A stretch of DNA of 64,000 nucleotides from an uncultured delta proteobacterium. GTDB taxonomy: Bacteria; Desulfobacterota; RBG-13-43-22. Positions 49,581 to 59,691 of the stretch are shown here, one piece after another. The stretch covers positions 256,001 to 320,000 of the forward strand of contig CAWJJC010000027.1 in the NCBI GenBank assembly GCA_963843145.1. The letters run 5' to 3'. A program made the position numbers and the translations under genes. Each line of letters starts with the position of its first letter. Position 1 is the first letter of the stretch. The notes under the pieces were generated by a model. The model ran no database searches. It worked only from the letters and a program-made list of their open reading frames with translations, and was not told where the DNA came from.

Positions 49581-50738
49581 ATGAAATTCTTTAAAATCAT
49601 CTTCAAAAATACCCTGCGCCACAAATTGCGCACCGGCCTGACCGTGCTGGGCATCGCCGTCGCCCTGTTGGCCTTTTGCCTGCTGCGAACAATCATCCAG
49701 GCCTGGTACGCCGGAGTGGAGGCTTCTTCGGCCAACCGCATGATCACGCGGAACGCCGTCTCGCTGATCTTTCCCCTACCCCTATCCTATCTCCCCAAAA
49801 TCCGGCAGATACCGGAAGTACGCAACGTTTCCTACGCCAACTGGTTCGGCGGGATCTACATCGATGAAAAACATTTTTTTCCTCAATTTGCCATTGACTC
49901 CCAAAACTTTTTCAACCTCTATCCCGAGATCAGCATTCCTCCGGAGCAGAAGGCCGCCTTTTTAAGAGAGCGGAATTCCTGCCTCGCGGGCCGAAAGTTG
50001 GCCGCCAAATACCAATGGAAAATCGGAGAGGTCATTCCCCTCCGCGGGGTCATCTTTCCGGGCAATTGGGAGTTTGTCCTCCGGGGGATCTATCGGGGGG
50101 CCCAGAAAACCGTGGATGAGACCCAATTCTTCTTTCATTGGGACTACCTTAACGAGCAGGTTAAAAAAGTCTCCCCGACCCGGGCCAACCAGGTGGGCTG
50201 GTATGTGATCCAGTTGAAGGATCCCTTTAAAGCCCCCGAGGTGACTCGGATCGTGGACCAGGGCTTTAAGAATTCCCTGGCCGAGACCTTGACGGAAACG
50301 GAAAAGGCCTTTCAGTTGGGTTTCGTGGCCATGACCGAGGCGATCGTGGTCTCCATCCAGGTGATTTCCATCGTGGTAATCGTCATCATTATGATCGTCT
50401 TAGCCAACACCATGGCCATGACCGCCCGCGAACGGATCGGGGAATATGCCATCCTGAAAACCCTGGGATTCGGGCCCGGGTACATCCTCTGGCTGATTGC
50501 CGGGGAATCGCTTTTGATCGCCCTGGCCGGCGGGTTACTGGGAATACTCCTGACTTACCCGACGGTTCAAGTGGTGGGTAAACCGTTGGCCACATTTTTT
50601 CCAATCTTCATTGTCACCGCCAAAACCCTTTGGCTGGCCATTGGAGCTTCGGCACTGGTGGGTTTGGCGGCGGCCGTCTTCCCGGTCTGGCGGGCGTCCA
50701 CTATCCGCATTGCCGATGGCTTGCGGGGGATTGGGTAA
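49581..50738 (+). CDS. ABC transporter permease (MacB/FtsX type)
   Basis: RHKLRT, NWFGG, NTMAMTARER..EYAILKTLGF. Confidence 0.85.
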   Translation: MKFFKIIFKNTLRHKLRTGLTVLGIAVALLAFCLLRTIIQAWYAGVEASSANRMITRNAVSLIFPLPLSYLPKIRQIPEVRNVSYANWFGGIYIDEKHFFPQFAIDSQNFFNLYPEISIPPEQKAAFLRERNSCLAGRKLAAKYQWKIGEVIPLRGVIFPGNWEFVLRGIYRGAQKTVDETQFFFHWDYLNEQVKKVSPTRANQVGWYVIQLKDPFKAPEVTRIVDQGFKNSLAETLTETEKAFQLGFVAMTEAIVVSIQVISIVVIVIIMIVLANTMAMTARERIGEYAILKTLGFGPGYILWLIAGESLLIALAGGLLGILLTYPTVQVVGKPLATFFPIFIVTAKTLWLAIGASALVGLAAAVFPVWRASTIRIADGLRGIG

Positions 50739-51003
50739 TTTTTTTAGGTAAATCCTCGGCAGGATTCAAGGGTTCAAGCGTAGGGGTGGGGACTTCGGCG
50801 AGCTCAGTCGAGCCGTTAATCCCCACAGCACCACAGCCGGGGGGAACTACCGGCGGGGTTCTCTTACGAAAAGGCAAATTATTAATAATCAATAATCAAT
50901 TGTTAATTATTAACCGTTCGTTTCTGTTTCATACTAAGTCAAACAATAATACAGTACGCCTAACTCCTTACGCCTTGCGACTCACGAATAGAAAGGAATC
51001 TTT

Positions 51004-51813
51004 ATGACCCTACCATACACCCCCTTTGTGGCGGTTGATTTTTCTTTAATCGATCAGCGGATTTTTTACCCACGGCGTGACCCGCACGCCCGGCCTCCCG
51101 TCGGGGCGGAAGATCATTCTTTCCCGGTCGAGCCGGGAATTGAAATCGGAGGCCGCTTTTACCTGGCGGAACCTTCCGGACCCCATATTTTATTTTTCCA
51201 TGGCAACGGGGAAATCGCCTCCGATTACGACGAACTTGGTCCTTTGTACAACCGCTGGGGAATAAGCCTTTTGGTGGCGGACTACCGGGGCTATGGAAAA
51301 AGCCAGGGGACGCCTTCCGTAACCACCCTGCTCCCCGACGCCCTGGCGGTCTTCGACCAGGTGCTCGACTGGAGAAAGGAACAGCAGCGCACCGGCCCCT
51401 TCCTGGTCATGGGCCGCTCCCTGGGCAGCGCCCCGGCCATTGAAATCGCTTACCGGCGCAAGGAAAAAATCGCCGCGCTGATCCTGGACAGCGCCTTTGC
51501 CTATTCCCTGCCCCTCCTCAAACTGATCGGCATCCCGGTGGAAGACTTGGGACTTCGTGAAGAAGACGGTTTCAAAAATTATGAAAAAATATTTTTTATT
51601 TCCAAACCCACTTTGCTGATCGCCGGACAGCAGGATGAACTGATCCCGCCGACCGAGTCCGAAACCCTCCTGCAGAATTCCGGGGCCCACCGGAAAGAAC
51701 TGACCCTGGTCCCCGGCGCGGGGCACAACGATATCTTCGCCCGCTGCGGAGAGGGCTATTTTGAGCTGGTGGCCCGCTTCACCAAACCGTTTATGAGGAA
51801 ACAAAAAAAATAG
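51004..51813 (+). CDS. Alpha/beta hydrolase
   Basis: FFHGNGE, DYRGYG, GRSLGS, GAGHND. Confidence 0.85.
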   Translation: MTLPYTPFVAVDFSLIDQRIFYPRRDPHARPPVGAEDHSFPVEPGIEIGGRFYLAEPSGPHILFFHGNGEIASDYDELGPLYNRWGISLLVADYRGYGKSQGTPSVTTLLPDALAVFDQVLDWRKEQQRTGPFLVMGRSLGSAPAIEIAYRRKEKIAALILDSAFAYSLPLLKLIGIPVEDLGLREEDGFKNYEKIFFISKPTLLIAGQQDELIPPTESETLLQNSGAHRKELTLVPGAGHNDIFARCGEGYFELVARFTKPFMRKQKK

Positions 51814-52063
51814 GGACGACAGAAAGATTACCTGCTAGTCCTTCCGGCAAAAAAACTCTGGAACCTGCCGATTACTGGTGGAAATATGGTAGAAAAGGCA
51901 AGGCAGCCTTGACATTGAACCCGGAGTGGCAACGCCCCTTTTCGCAATAGCCGCCTTTTCCCTTTGGCCTGGCACAGAGCTTATCCCTATGCTTTAATAT
52001 GAAGATACCCTCCAGATGGGTACGGCAGCCTATAGCCCAGGATGTGGAGCGCGCTTTAGCGCG

Positions 52064-54259
52064 TCAGCCAATCCGTTTCATGAGTCGTGCAGGTCGAGCG
52101 CCGATCGAGCCGGTTGGTAGTGGAGTCCTCCTAACCGGCTGACAATGATGCGCAGGGGACTTGCCCGTTTGAGGGGATGCGGGTCTTGACCGCTCAACGA
52201 TTGGGCCGGTTCCCTTGCCTTTTTCCAGTGCTGTTCTGACTTTGTAGGCCAGGTCCCTCATCGAGAAGGGCTTGGGGATAAACTGTACACCTTCCTCGAT
52301 CATGCCCCGCTGGGCGATCACGTCAGCGGTGTAGCCGGACATAAACAGGCACTTAATCCCCGGTCTGATTTTCTTAACTTCTTCCGCCAAGTGCCGGCCG
52401 CTCATTTCGGGCAGGATAACATCGGTCAACAGCAGGTGGATCTCCCCGGTGTATTCCTCAAGCAAATGCAGGGCCTCCCCCGGTGCGCCTGCGGACAGTA
52501 CGGTATAGCCCAACTTCTCGAGGATCTCGCTGGCGAGCTTGAGCAGTGAGACCTCGTCCTCCACCACCAGCACGGTCTCGCCGCGGCTTAGCGGGAACTC
52601 GCCCTCGCTGTCCTTCTGAGTCTCGACGGTCTGGCCCGCCTGCCGGGGCAGATAAATTTTAAAGGTCGTTCCTTCCCTTGGTTCACTGTAGACGTTGATG
52701 AAGCCGTTGTTCTGCTTGACGATGCCGTAAACCGTGGCCAGCCCCAAACCGGTTCCCTGCCCTACTTCCTTGGTAGTAAAAAACGGCTCAAAAATCCGGT
52801 CGAGGGTTTTCTTATCCATGCCGCAGCCATCGTCGCTTACGGCCAGCAGCGCATACTCCCCCGTCACAAACCCCGGGTGATCGGCGCAGTAGGCCTGGTC
52901 AAAGGCGGCATTTCCCGTTTCGATGGTCACCTTGCCGACTTGGGCAATGGCGTCCCGGGCGTTGACCAACAGATTGGCCAGGAGCTGTTCGATCTGGGTG
53001 GGGTCCATCTTGACCGGCCACAGGCCCGACCCCGGCAGGAAAACAAGATCGAGGTCTTCGCCGATCAGCCGCCTGAGCATCTTGAGCATAGCCTCCACGG
53101 TCTGGTTCAGGTCGAGCACCTTTGGGTCGATCGTCTGCTTGCGGGCAAAGGCCAGCAATTGCCGAATGATGCCTGTGGAACGCCTGACGGCATTCAAGAT
53201 TTCCTCGAGATAGGCATGAACGGGATGGTCCGGTTCCACCTTGCCCAGTGCCATCTCCGCATAACCGAGAATCACGCCGAGTATGTTGTTGAAATCATGG
53301 GCCACGCCGCCCGCCAGCCGACCTACCGCTTCCAACTTCTGGGAGTGGTTTAATTGCAACTGCAACTTCTCTCGCTCCTCCTCGGCTTGCTTGCGCTGGG
53401 TTGTGTCGCGAATATTACATTGCACTACACTTGACCTGTCAACGAGATAGATATCCGAATTGATACGCTTCCCAGACTTGGCTGTTATCGTGATATCCTT
53501 GTAAGTGATAATGCCCCTCAGGTCTAATTTGTTAAGTACTCCTGTAAAATCCAGCAGATCGATCATAACACCAATATCTTCCAGCTTACCGCCTATGAGT
53601 TCCTTTGCGGAAAATCCCAACATCTCTTCGGTGGCCTTATTAAAATTGGTTATTTTCCCTTCGCTTTTCTCGAGAAGCACGATCCCGTCGCTTGCCGTCT
53701 CAAAAAGCCGTCTGAATAGTTCTTCAGAGTCTCCTAAAATCTTTTCCCGGTGCTGGCGTTCGGTGATGTCCTCAATAGCCAGGAGGATGATCCCCTCTTT
53801 TCCCGACTCACTTTCAATCTGCCTGGCATTCAAAAGCAATATGCGCCTGCCCAGGGTATCAAAATCGTATTCAACCACAAAGTTATCAAAGGCCGTCTTT
53901 TGAGGAAGGATGGTTTCCAGCAGTTTCCGCAACTCAGGGATATCCCATTGTTTATTTCCCAGGTCATAAATTAACTGCCCCTTAGTCTCTTCCGCTTTTA
54001 CCTTGAAGCGTTCATAGAAGGACCGGTTGGCGGAAATCACCCTAAGATTTTGATTCAAAACGATTAAGGGTTCATGCAGGGTGTTGAGGATGCTCTCGGC
54101 ATAGCGCTTGGCCTCCTCAACCGCAAGCTCGACCGACCTATTCTCGCTTAGTAATTCTTCCAGCGCGACATTTTGCGCACGCAATTCGGTCAATTCATGA
54201 AAGAGTTGCTCTCTTGTTTTACCATCATCTTTCATTCGGCTCTGATTCTGGATAGGCAT
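52064..54259 (-). CDS. PAS-PAS hybrid histidine kinase (CckA-like)
   Basis: AHDFNN, NARDA, FFTTK, GTGLGL, REC with LTDVILP; C-terminus reads through into a structured segment. Confidence 0.88.
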   Translation of the reverse strand: MPIQNQSRMKDDGKTREQLFHELTELRAQNVALEELLSENRSVELAVEEAKRYAESILNTLHEPLIVLNQNLRVISANRSFYERFKVKAEETKGQLIYDLGNKQWDIPELRKLLETILPQKTAFDNFVVEYDFDTLGRRILLLNARQIESESGKEGIILLAIEDITERQHREKILGDSEELFRRLFETASDGIVLLEKSEGKITNFNKATEEMLGFSAKELIGGKLEDIGVMIDLLDFTGVLNKLDLRGIITYKDITITAKSGKRINSDIYLVDRSSVVQCNIRDTTQRKQAEEEREKLQLQLNHSQKLEAVGRLAGGVAHDFNNILGVILGYAEMALGKVEPDHPVHAYLEEILNAVRRSTGIIRQLLAFARKQTIDPKVLDLNQTVEAMLKMLRRLIGEDLDLVFLPGSGLWPVKMDPTQIEQLLANLLVNARDAIAQVGKVTIETGNAAFDQAYCADHPGFVTGEYALLAVSDDGCGMDKKTLDRIFEPFFTTKEVGQGTGLGLATVYGIVKQNNGFINVYSEPREGTTFKIYLPRQAGQTVETQKDSEGEFPLSRGETVLVVEDEVSLLKLASEILEKLGYTVLSAGAPGEALHLLEEYTGEIHLLLTDVILPEMSGRHLAEEVKKIRPGIKCLFMSGYTADVIAQRGMIEEGVQFIPKPFSMRDLAYKVRTALEKGKGTGPIVERSRPASPQTGKSPAHHCQPVRRTPLPTGSIGARPARLMKRIG

Positions 54260-54294
54260 AGTTCACCTCTTTTCCTTTTCCGCTAAGATTGGTT

Positions 54295-54597
54295 TTAAAC
54301 GGAACGGAAACTTTCCCTGGTCTCGCTCAACTTGGCCTTGACGCTGTCTCCTTGTTCTACTCCGAAAGTACTCTCGGTTTTTATATCCGTAAACAGCGGC
54401 AAGGGCATTTGACCATTGATTCGCTCCTGCATCCCAATAAAAATGATTCCTAATCGCCTTCCTTCTTTTTCGAGCTTTTTGATCAGGTCCTTTTCCCGGG
54501 GCTTGGCCGCGTTTCTTTTTTGGTGTCCGATCCTCGCGCGCTTGCCGTCCTCAGGTCGGGTCAAGACTGCTGAAACTGCCTGGCTTTTATCGTCCAT
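54295..54597 (-). CDS. Hypothetical protein at the end of the gvp operon
   Basis: ATG with GGAGG SD, co-oriented with gvpJ. Confidence 0.45.
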   Translation of the reverse strand: MDDKSQAVSAVLTRPEDGKRARIGHQKRNAAKPREKDLIKKLEKEGRRLGIIFIGMQERINGQMPLPLFTDIKTESTFGVEQGDSVKAKLSETRESFRSV

Positions 54598-54638
54598 GTC
54601 ATTCCTCCAGGTTTAGTTCTATGGTTTTGCCTTTTCAC

Positions 54639-54938
54639 TTAGACGGCGGCCTCCAGCCTGGCTATTCTTTCCTCCATCTTACCCCAAGAGCTTGTTTCCT
54701 GTGCTAACTGGGCCTTAGAGCTGAAGGCCGGGTTGTTTACCCACCAGTCCATGCCCATTTCCTTGGCTTTATCAACGGAACAGATAACCAGTCGGATCTG
54801 GATCGTCAGCAACTCGACGTCGACGAGGTTGATCCTGATATCGCCGGCGATAACGATGCCTTTGTCCAGGATCCTTTCGAGAAGATCCGCCAAGTTCGTA
54901 CTTTCCAGAGAATGTCGAGCGCCGCGTTGGATTGCCAT
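54639..54938 (-). CDS. gvpJ: Gas vesicle protein GvpJ
   Basis: [19 protein letters not shown]...VELLTIQIRL...MDWW. Confidence 0.9.
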   Translation of the reverse strand: MAIQRGARHSLESTNLADLLERILDKGIVIAGDIRINLVDVELLTIQIRLVICSVDKAKEMGMDWWVNNPAFSSKAQLAQETSSWGKMEERIARLEAAV

Positions 54939-54966
54939 TTTCTTTTCCCCCTTTTTCAACCGCCTG

Positions 54967-55368
54967 CTATAAGATTTTCCCCAAAGGTCCCAAATCCAAA
55001 TTCAAATCCTCTTCTTCGAGACCGAATTCGCAGGAGATCCTTTTAATTTCCTCGGACTGCCGCATCAGGGTGAACCCGAGACGCTCAATCTCTTCATCCG
55101 TAAGGCCTCCCCCCTCAATCCTGCGGATCGCCTGCTTCTCCAGCAGTTCGTGGAGGAGTTTGACCACGGTCAGCACAAGTTGCGCCAGGCCATTTTTCTT
55201 TTTATCATGATCGAGGTTCAGCCGCCTTGAAGATACCCCCATGGCCCGCGGCGCCATGGTTTTTGCAAAATCGCTTATGGCCGGCGACTCCACCCTCCTT
55301 AAAAGACGCGAGGGGTCTCCTAACTCCTGACTCCTAACTCCTAACTCCTCACCTGTGCTCATGTTCAT
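54967..55368 (-). CDS. gvpK: Gas vesicle protein GvpK
   Basis: GLAQLVLTVVKLLHELLEKQAIRR...LNLDLGPLG. Confidence 0.9.
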   Translation of the reverse strand: MNMSTGEELGVRSQELGDPSRLLRRVESPAISDFAKTMAPRAMGVSSRRLNLDHDKKKNGLAQLVLTVVKLLHELLEKQAIRRIEGGGLTDEEIERLGFTLMRQSEEIKRISCEFGLEEEDLNLDLGPLGKIL

Positions 55369-55559
55369 CGTACCAGCCCTTCCTCCCGCCGGGCCGTTTC
55401 CACAGAGGTCAGGATGACCTGCAGGCCCAAGTAAACCAGATCGATGTCCGCGACCGAGATCATGACATCGCCCACGATCACAGCGCCCTTATTGAGGACC
55501 CGGTCCAGGACCTCGCAAAGACTCACGTGCTCCTTTTCATCCAGGGCATAATCAGGCAT
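55365..55559 (-). CDS. GvpA-family accessory protein (GvpS/GvpM-like)
   Basis: SLCEVLDRVLNKGAVIVGDVMISVADIDLVYLGL. Confidence 0.85.
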   Translation of the reverse strand: MPDYALDEKEHVSLCEVLDRVLNKGAVIVGDVMISVADIDLVYLGLQVILTSVETARREEGLVR

Positions 55560-57639
55560 AGTGCACTTTACTTTCTATGATTTCGGGTTTGATTCGAATG
55601 CCTATATTTTCGATGTTTTTCGCGGTCTCCGGATTTTTGCCGATGCCCGCCCTGGCCCGCCCCTGAGGGAGGAGGGAACGACGACTTTTCCCCAATCTAC
55701 TTTTATCGTGGGAGGGATAAAGAAGCTGCCCGAGGGCCTGGAGATTTTCGATTCCCCGGGGATCGCTCTGCCAAAACACCACTGTCCGGCTTAGGCCGGA
55801 GAAAGCCGAGGCAAACCGGTCCTGGACGGCGGACTCCCGACGGAAAAGAGACGCGCAGAGGGGATCAAGGTCTTCGGGCGTGGCCATGTTCAAAAAAAGG
55901 CCGGCAACCGGAATGCCCAGACGTCCACAGGCGGCCACCAGATCCTTCGTTTCCGCCAAGGACATCTCCGAGAGGATACTGACGGGGTAAAGGGCCGCTT
56001 GGGCCGGATCGCGCAAAATTGCCCGCAAACGCTTAAGGTCCTTGGATAGTCTGACCAGGCGTTGAGAAATCACCGGCAATTGGAAGATTTTCCGGTACTT
56101 CAGCAAGAGATTAAATAACGCCTTCAACCATTTTTCGATGTTCTCCGGCAATTCCAAAAGTCGGATCAGGTGACCTGTCGGCGCCGCGTCGAGGACCAGG
56201 AGATCGTAGCCCTTCGGGGTCAGGAAATCCATCACCGCCGCCAAAGCCATTAGTTCATCGATCCCCGGGGGCGACAGGTCCATAATCCGTTCCATGACCT
56301 CCCGATCAAAAGCCAAATCGAGATTCGGCATCAACTGCGAGAGAAATTGCGACAGGTCCTTCCGGTACTGATTTTTCAGGGCATCAAAATCGGCTCTGGC
56401 GTCCATTTCCATGGCCCAGAGCCCCGGCGCTGCCTGCTGTGGCTGGGGACCGAGCGGCAGGGCCAGACAATCGGCCAGGGAATGGGCGGGATCGGCGGAA
56501 AAAAGTAGAATTCGTTTTCCCGGATAGATCTCGGCCAGACGCAGTGCGGTGGCGCAAGCCAGGGTGGTCTTGCCGACCCCTCCTTTACCGGCAAAGACGA
56601 GCAGGGCCTTATCCGGCGGCGGCCAGGAGATCGGGTTGGTCACGCGCGGAGGTACCGGAGGCAGGAGCGGCTGTCCCTCCCCGGGAGACGGGGCCAATTC
56701 CCTCACCCCAGTCCAGAAGGACCGCAGTGCTTTCCGGCCTCTGATTTCCTGGGGAACCATGGGAATCCCCCAGAGCAGGAGGTCGGAAAAAGCCGGTTCG
56801 CCGAAGATGCGGGCCAACTCCCGCAACTGGTGTGAGCGGATTTGGCGGCAGAGCAAACACTTGCTTTCCGGATAAAGACGGTTGATGATCACATCCGTGA
56901 TGCCGATACCGCGGCGCCGCAATTCCCGGATCAGATCTCGAGTCTCCTCGATACACAGGGCCTCGGCCAGCATGACCGGGACAAAGAGGCAACGCTGGTG
57001 GTCCTTGAGGAGTTTTTCCGTTTCCTGGACGGAGGCGGCGAGTCCTTCGATGAAATGATCGAGATCATCCCGCTCATAGAATCCCCGGAAAAGTTTCTTC
57101 ATATAACGATGTTTGGCCAGGAGGGCGTCAAGGGCCTCCAGCCAGGTCCGAATCAGCGCGGGCATCTCCATGAGGCGCAGGGTATGTCCCGTCGGCGCCG
57201 TATCCATGATAATCCGATCATAGGTCCCTTGCTTGACCCAGCGGCTGATCTCCAGGAAGGCTATCAATTCATCCATTCCCGGAAGAGAAAGTCCCAAAAA
57301 GCGATTGAGGTCCTCCTCATCCAGGAAGGTCCCGCGGGAGGCGATTTCCATGAGCCGCTGTTTATTTTTTTCCTGGAAGGTGTTGAGCTGGGCCTGAGCG
57401 TCCAATTCCAGGACCTTCAGATTGGGCGGCGGCGTGGCCCCGGCGAAGCTGTCTTGAAGAGAATGGGCCGGATCGGTGGAGACCAGGAGCAGGGAGCTTT
57501 GGGAATATTGGACGGCGAGATCAAGCGCCGCGGCCGCCGCGGCCGTTGTTTTTCCCACCCCGCCTTTGCCGCCGAACAGCAGGACCTGCCTGTTTACCTC
57601 GGTCAAAAAACCCGGTTTCCCTGCCGCAGCGACCATCAA
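55552..57639 (-). CDS. Tandem ArsA/Get3-family ATPase
   Basis: Two GKGGVGKTT P-loops, S(T/A)DPAHSL twice, DTAPTGH and DAAPTGH. Confidence 0.9.
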   Translation of the reverse strand: MMVAAAGKPGFLTEVNRQVLLFGGKGGVGKTTAAAAAALDLAVQYSQSSLLLVSTDPAHSLQDSFAGATPPPNLKVLELDAQAQLNTFQEKNKQRLMEIASRGTFLDEEDLNRFLGLSLPGMDELIAFLEISRWVKQGTYDRIIMDTAPTGHTLRLMEMPALIRTWLEALDALLAKHRYMKKLFRGFYERDDLDHFIEGLAASVQETEKLLKDHQRCLFVPVMLAEALCIEETRDLIRELRRRGIGITDVIINRLYPESKCLLCRQIRSHQLRELARIFGEPAFSDLLLWGIPMVPQEIRGRKALRSFWTGVRELAPSPGEGQPLLPPVPPRVTNPISWPPPDKALLVFAGKGGVGKTTLACATALRLAEIYPGKRILLFSADPAHSLADCLALPLGPQPQQAAPGLWAMEMDARADFDALKNQYRKDLSQFLSQLMPNLDLAFDREVMERIMDLSPPGIDELMALAAVMDFLTPKGYDLLVLDAAPTGHLIRLLELPENIEKWLKALFNLLLKYRKIFQLPVISQRLVRLSKDLKRLRAILRDPAQAALYPVSILSEMSLAETKDLVAACGRLGIPVAGLFLNMATPEDLDPLCASLFRRESAVQDRFASAFSGLSRTVVFWQSDPRGIENLQALGQLLYPSHDKSRLGKSRRSLLPQGRARAGIGKNPETAKNIENIGIRIKPEIIESKVHYA

Positions 57640-57706
57640 TCCTTACCCCCCGGTGAGTAGCCTTCAAAAATCCAAACAGGTTATTCATTTTGATTTTCAC
57701 TTCTAT

Positions 57707-57985
57707 CTAATGGATCACAAGACGCTCGTCTTCGCCGTCCTCTTCTTCCTCGCTGCCCTCCCCTTCCTTGATGGCGTCGAGCCGGTCGAGGAGGACCTTT
57801 TCCGCGGCGTCGAATTCCTCTTCAGTCATCTTGTCCGTTTCCAGCATCATATACAGTTCGCTCAACTGGGCGGTGATCCTGTCGGCCTCCCCGGCCTGTT
57901 CCTCCCGGGCGGCGTTGAGGATCTCGTTAAAGACCCAGTACAATCCCTTAAAGGGAGAGATCAAGATATCGTCGACGATGAACAT
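57707..57985 (-). CDS. gvpG: Gas vesicle protein GvpG
   Basis: DDILISPFKGLYWVF...LYMMLE...EEEF...LLDRL. Confidence 0.88.
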   Translation of the reverse strand: MFIVDDILISPFKGLYWVFNEILNAAREEQAGEADRITAQLSELYMMLETDKMTEEEFDAAEKVLLDRLDAIKEGEGSEEEEDGEDERLVIH

Positions 57986-58016
57986 ATCGTTCCTCTCTTC
58001 CTGCCCGGACCGGTCC

Positions 58017-58778
58017 TCACAACCTCAGCTCCACGTCCACGAAGTGGTGAGGGGCCCAGGGGCCGTTGAAATCGAAGGAAAAATTGTTGTCGAACCCGCC
58101 GGCCGCCTCGAAGATGGCCGCCTCGAAGGCCTTCTCGACCACTTCCCGCTTTACCAGGCAGGCCAGGTTCATGACCTCTTGTTCGTTCCGGGAGATGTTC
58201 CTCTTGATTTCAGCACAGCAGGAAGACAGGATCGACTCGACTCTTTCCGTGTGTTCCTCCCGATCTTCCTGAAGGACCCGGTCGAAAAGACGCCCGACTT
58301 CGATTTTATCTTCCTGAGAGGGGACACGATTGCTGCCGAGGAAATGATCCCTGGCCGCCCGGATCTCGGCATGGGTGTTAACGAAATACTCAAAAATATT
58401 CGGCACATCCCAGCTCACCCGTAACCCCATCTCCACTTTGCCCTGCACCCGGCGAAGCTGTTCGGCGAATGCTTTCCGGTTCAGGGACAAGATGCGTTTG
58501 ATCTCCTTGGCCCCTTCGGCGATAATGCCGAAAGTGATGGGTAAGGGGGTCTCATCCGCCATGAGGCGTTTCAGAACGGCCTGGTGGGCCCCGATATGAC
58601 GGCGTTCCGGACGAATTTTCCCATTGCTGAAATTACTGACCACCGCGCCGACCTGGTTATCGGCTATGAGGAAGACCTGTTCTCCCTCGATGCCGATAGG
58701 ACCGTACTCCCGGTCCCCTGCCGCCGGGATGACGGCATAGAGATATTTCCCTTCCTTATTCGTTTTCACTGCGCCCAT
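58017..58778 (-). CDS. gvpF: Gas vesicle protein GvpL/GvpF
   Basis: YLYAVI, AHQAVL, LPITFG, GKVEMGLRV, NLACLV, GPWAPHHFV. Confidence 0.88.
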   Translation of the reverse strand: MGAVKTNKEGKYLYAVIPAAGDREYGPIGIEGEQVFLIADNQVGAVVSNFSNGKIRPERRHIGAHQAVLKRLMADETPLPITFGIIAEGAKEIKRILSLNRKAFAEQLRRVQGKVEMGLRVSWDVPNIFEYFVNTHAEIRAARDHFLGSNRVPSQEDKIEVGRLFDRVLQEDREEHTERVESILSSCCAEIKRNISRNEQEVMNLACLVKREVVEKAFEAAIFEAAGGFDNNFSFDFNGPWAPHHFVDVELRL

Positions 58779-58947
58779 CTGGCCGTCTCCCTTATTCTAT
58801 TCCGACTCGGAATATACGCCTCGAACGGCTTCGCCGCCGGAGTCGCCCGGTCTACCGTCGTTGTTGTCGGCCGGGTCGCCTGCCCGGTACTTCGAGATTC
58901 CCAGCTCCGTGCGTTGACAGCCGGGCCGGCGGGAATGACTATCCGGT

Positions 58948-59130
58948 TTAAAGCTCGGCTTCGCCGTCACGCATCAGTTTAAGGAATTTGAGCGACCTGA
59001 GACGGCCTTCATCCAAACAAACCTCCAACAGGGCGCTGCAGACATAACACTTGATCTGCCCTGCGTAATCGCTGTAAACCTCATCATCCAGCTCCAGGCT
59101 GAAACCGCAGGATAGACAATTGATCTTCAT
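58948..59130 (-). CDS. Small zinc-ribbon protein
   Basis: 60 aa, CLSC...CYVC; SD AAGGAAG. Confidence 0.65.
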   Translation of the reverse strand: MKINCLSCGFSLELDDEVYSDYAGQIKCYVCSALLEVCLDEGRLRSLKFLKLMRDGEAEL

Positions 59131-59367
59131 GAGCTTATTTCCTTCCTTAATTGAAGTCGTTCCGCCTGCCCGCTCCATTGGTGGACCAGCCAGGAAAAAC
59201 GGATTCGCCGATTGACCAGGTCAGTGATTTCACGTCGGACCCGCCGCGCCTCTCCGGCGCCCAGGAAGAACCCCGAAGGCGTCCGGCAGGCCCGGTGACC
59301 CGGCAGGCAACGGTTCGTCGGAATGTGGTGTGAATCATAGATCGTCAGCATATCGTCCCCGCCCTTT

Positions 59368-59691
59368 CAGTATTTAATCTTGAATGGCCCTGTCGATGTT
59401 CGAGGCGCCACCGTCGTCGGAGGATCGTCTTGTGACCGGGGGGCGGCAGCGCCGAATCCCCTTGGCTTCCAGGGCCGTAACGATTCCCAGTCTTTCCGCC
59501 TCGATGTCTCGGAAGCGCTGATCAATATGCTGCACTTTTTCCAGGGCGCTCTGTTTCTCCTTTCCCCGACGGAACTTTTCCATTTCGAGGATACTGAGCT
59601 TCATATAAGCCTTGTAAGGAATCGTGCCTTCGTCCGCACGACCGGAGAGCGTTTTGATATCCTGTACGCCTCGCAAAATCTTCTTCGTCAT
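59368..59691 (-). CDS. GvpV-like protein (frameshift near 3' end)
   Basis: Follows gvpN with ATGA overlap; AYMKLSILEMEKFRR coiled coil; FKIKY-stop in another frame. Confidence 0.55.

Noticed and set aside
50864-50900. c-di-GMP-I riboswitch (GAAAAGGCAAA)
   Set aside because: No following GAAA-tetraloop stem or GACGCAAAGC; the sequence runs into heptamer repeats.
51970-51986. sigma54 promoter TGGCACAGAGCTTAT
   Set aside because: It lacks the -12 GC and has no downstream plus-strand gene.
55552-57639. Arsenic resistance locus
   Set aside because: No arsenite pump, reductase or ArsR nearby, and the gene is embedded in the gvp operon.
3334-58424. Long antisense ORFs (e.g. 3334-4332, 19073-19987, 33005-34111, 37800-38666, 39723-40610, 56842-57660)
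   Set aside because: They are shadows of well-supported genes on the opposite strand in GC-rich DNA and carry no motifs.
59127-59351. 74-aa ORF between the gvpV-like and Zn-ribbon genes
   Set aside because: The position fits an operon gene, but the sequence has no recognisable features and may be frameshifted, so it is not called.
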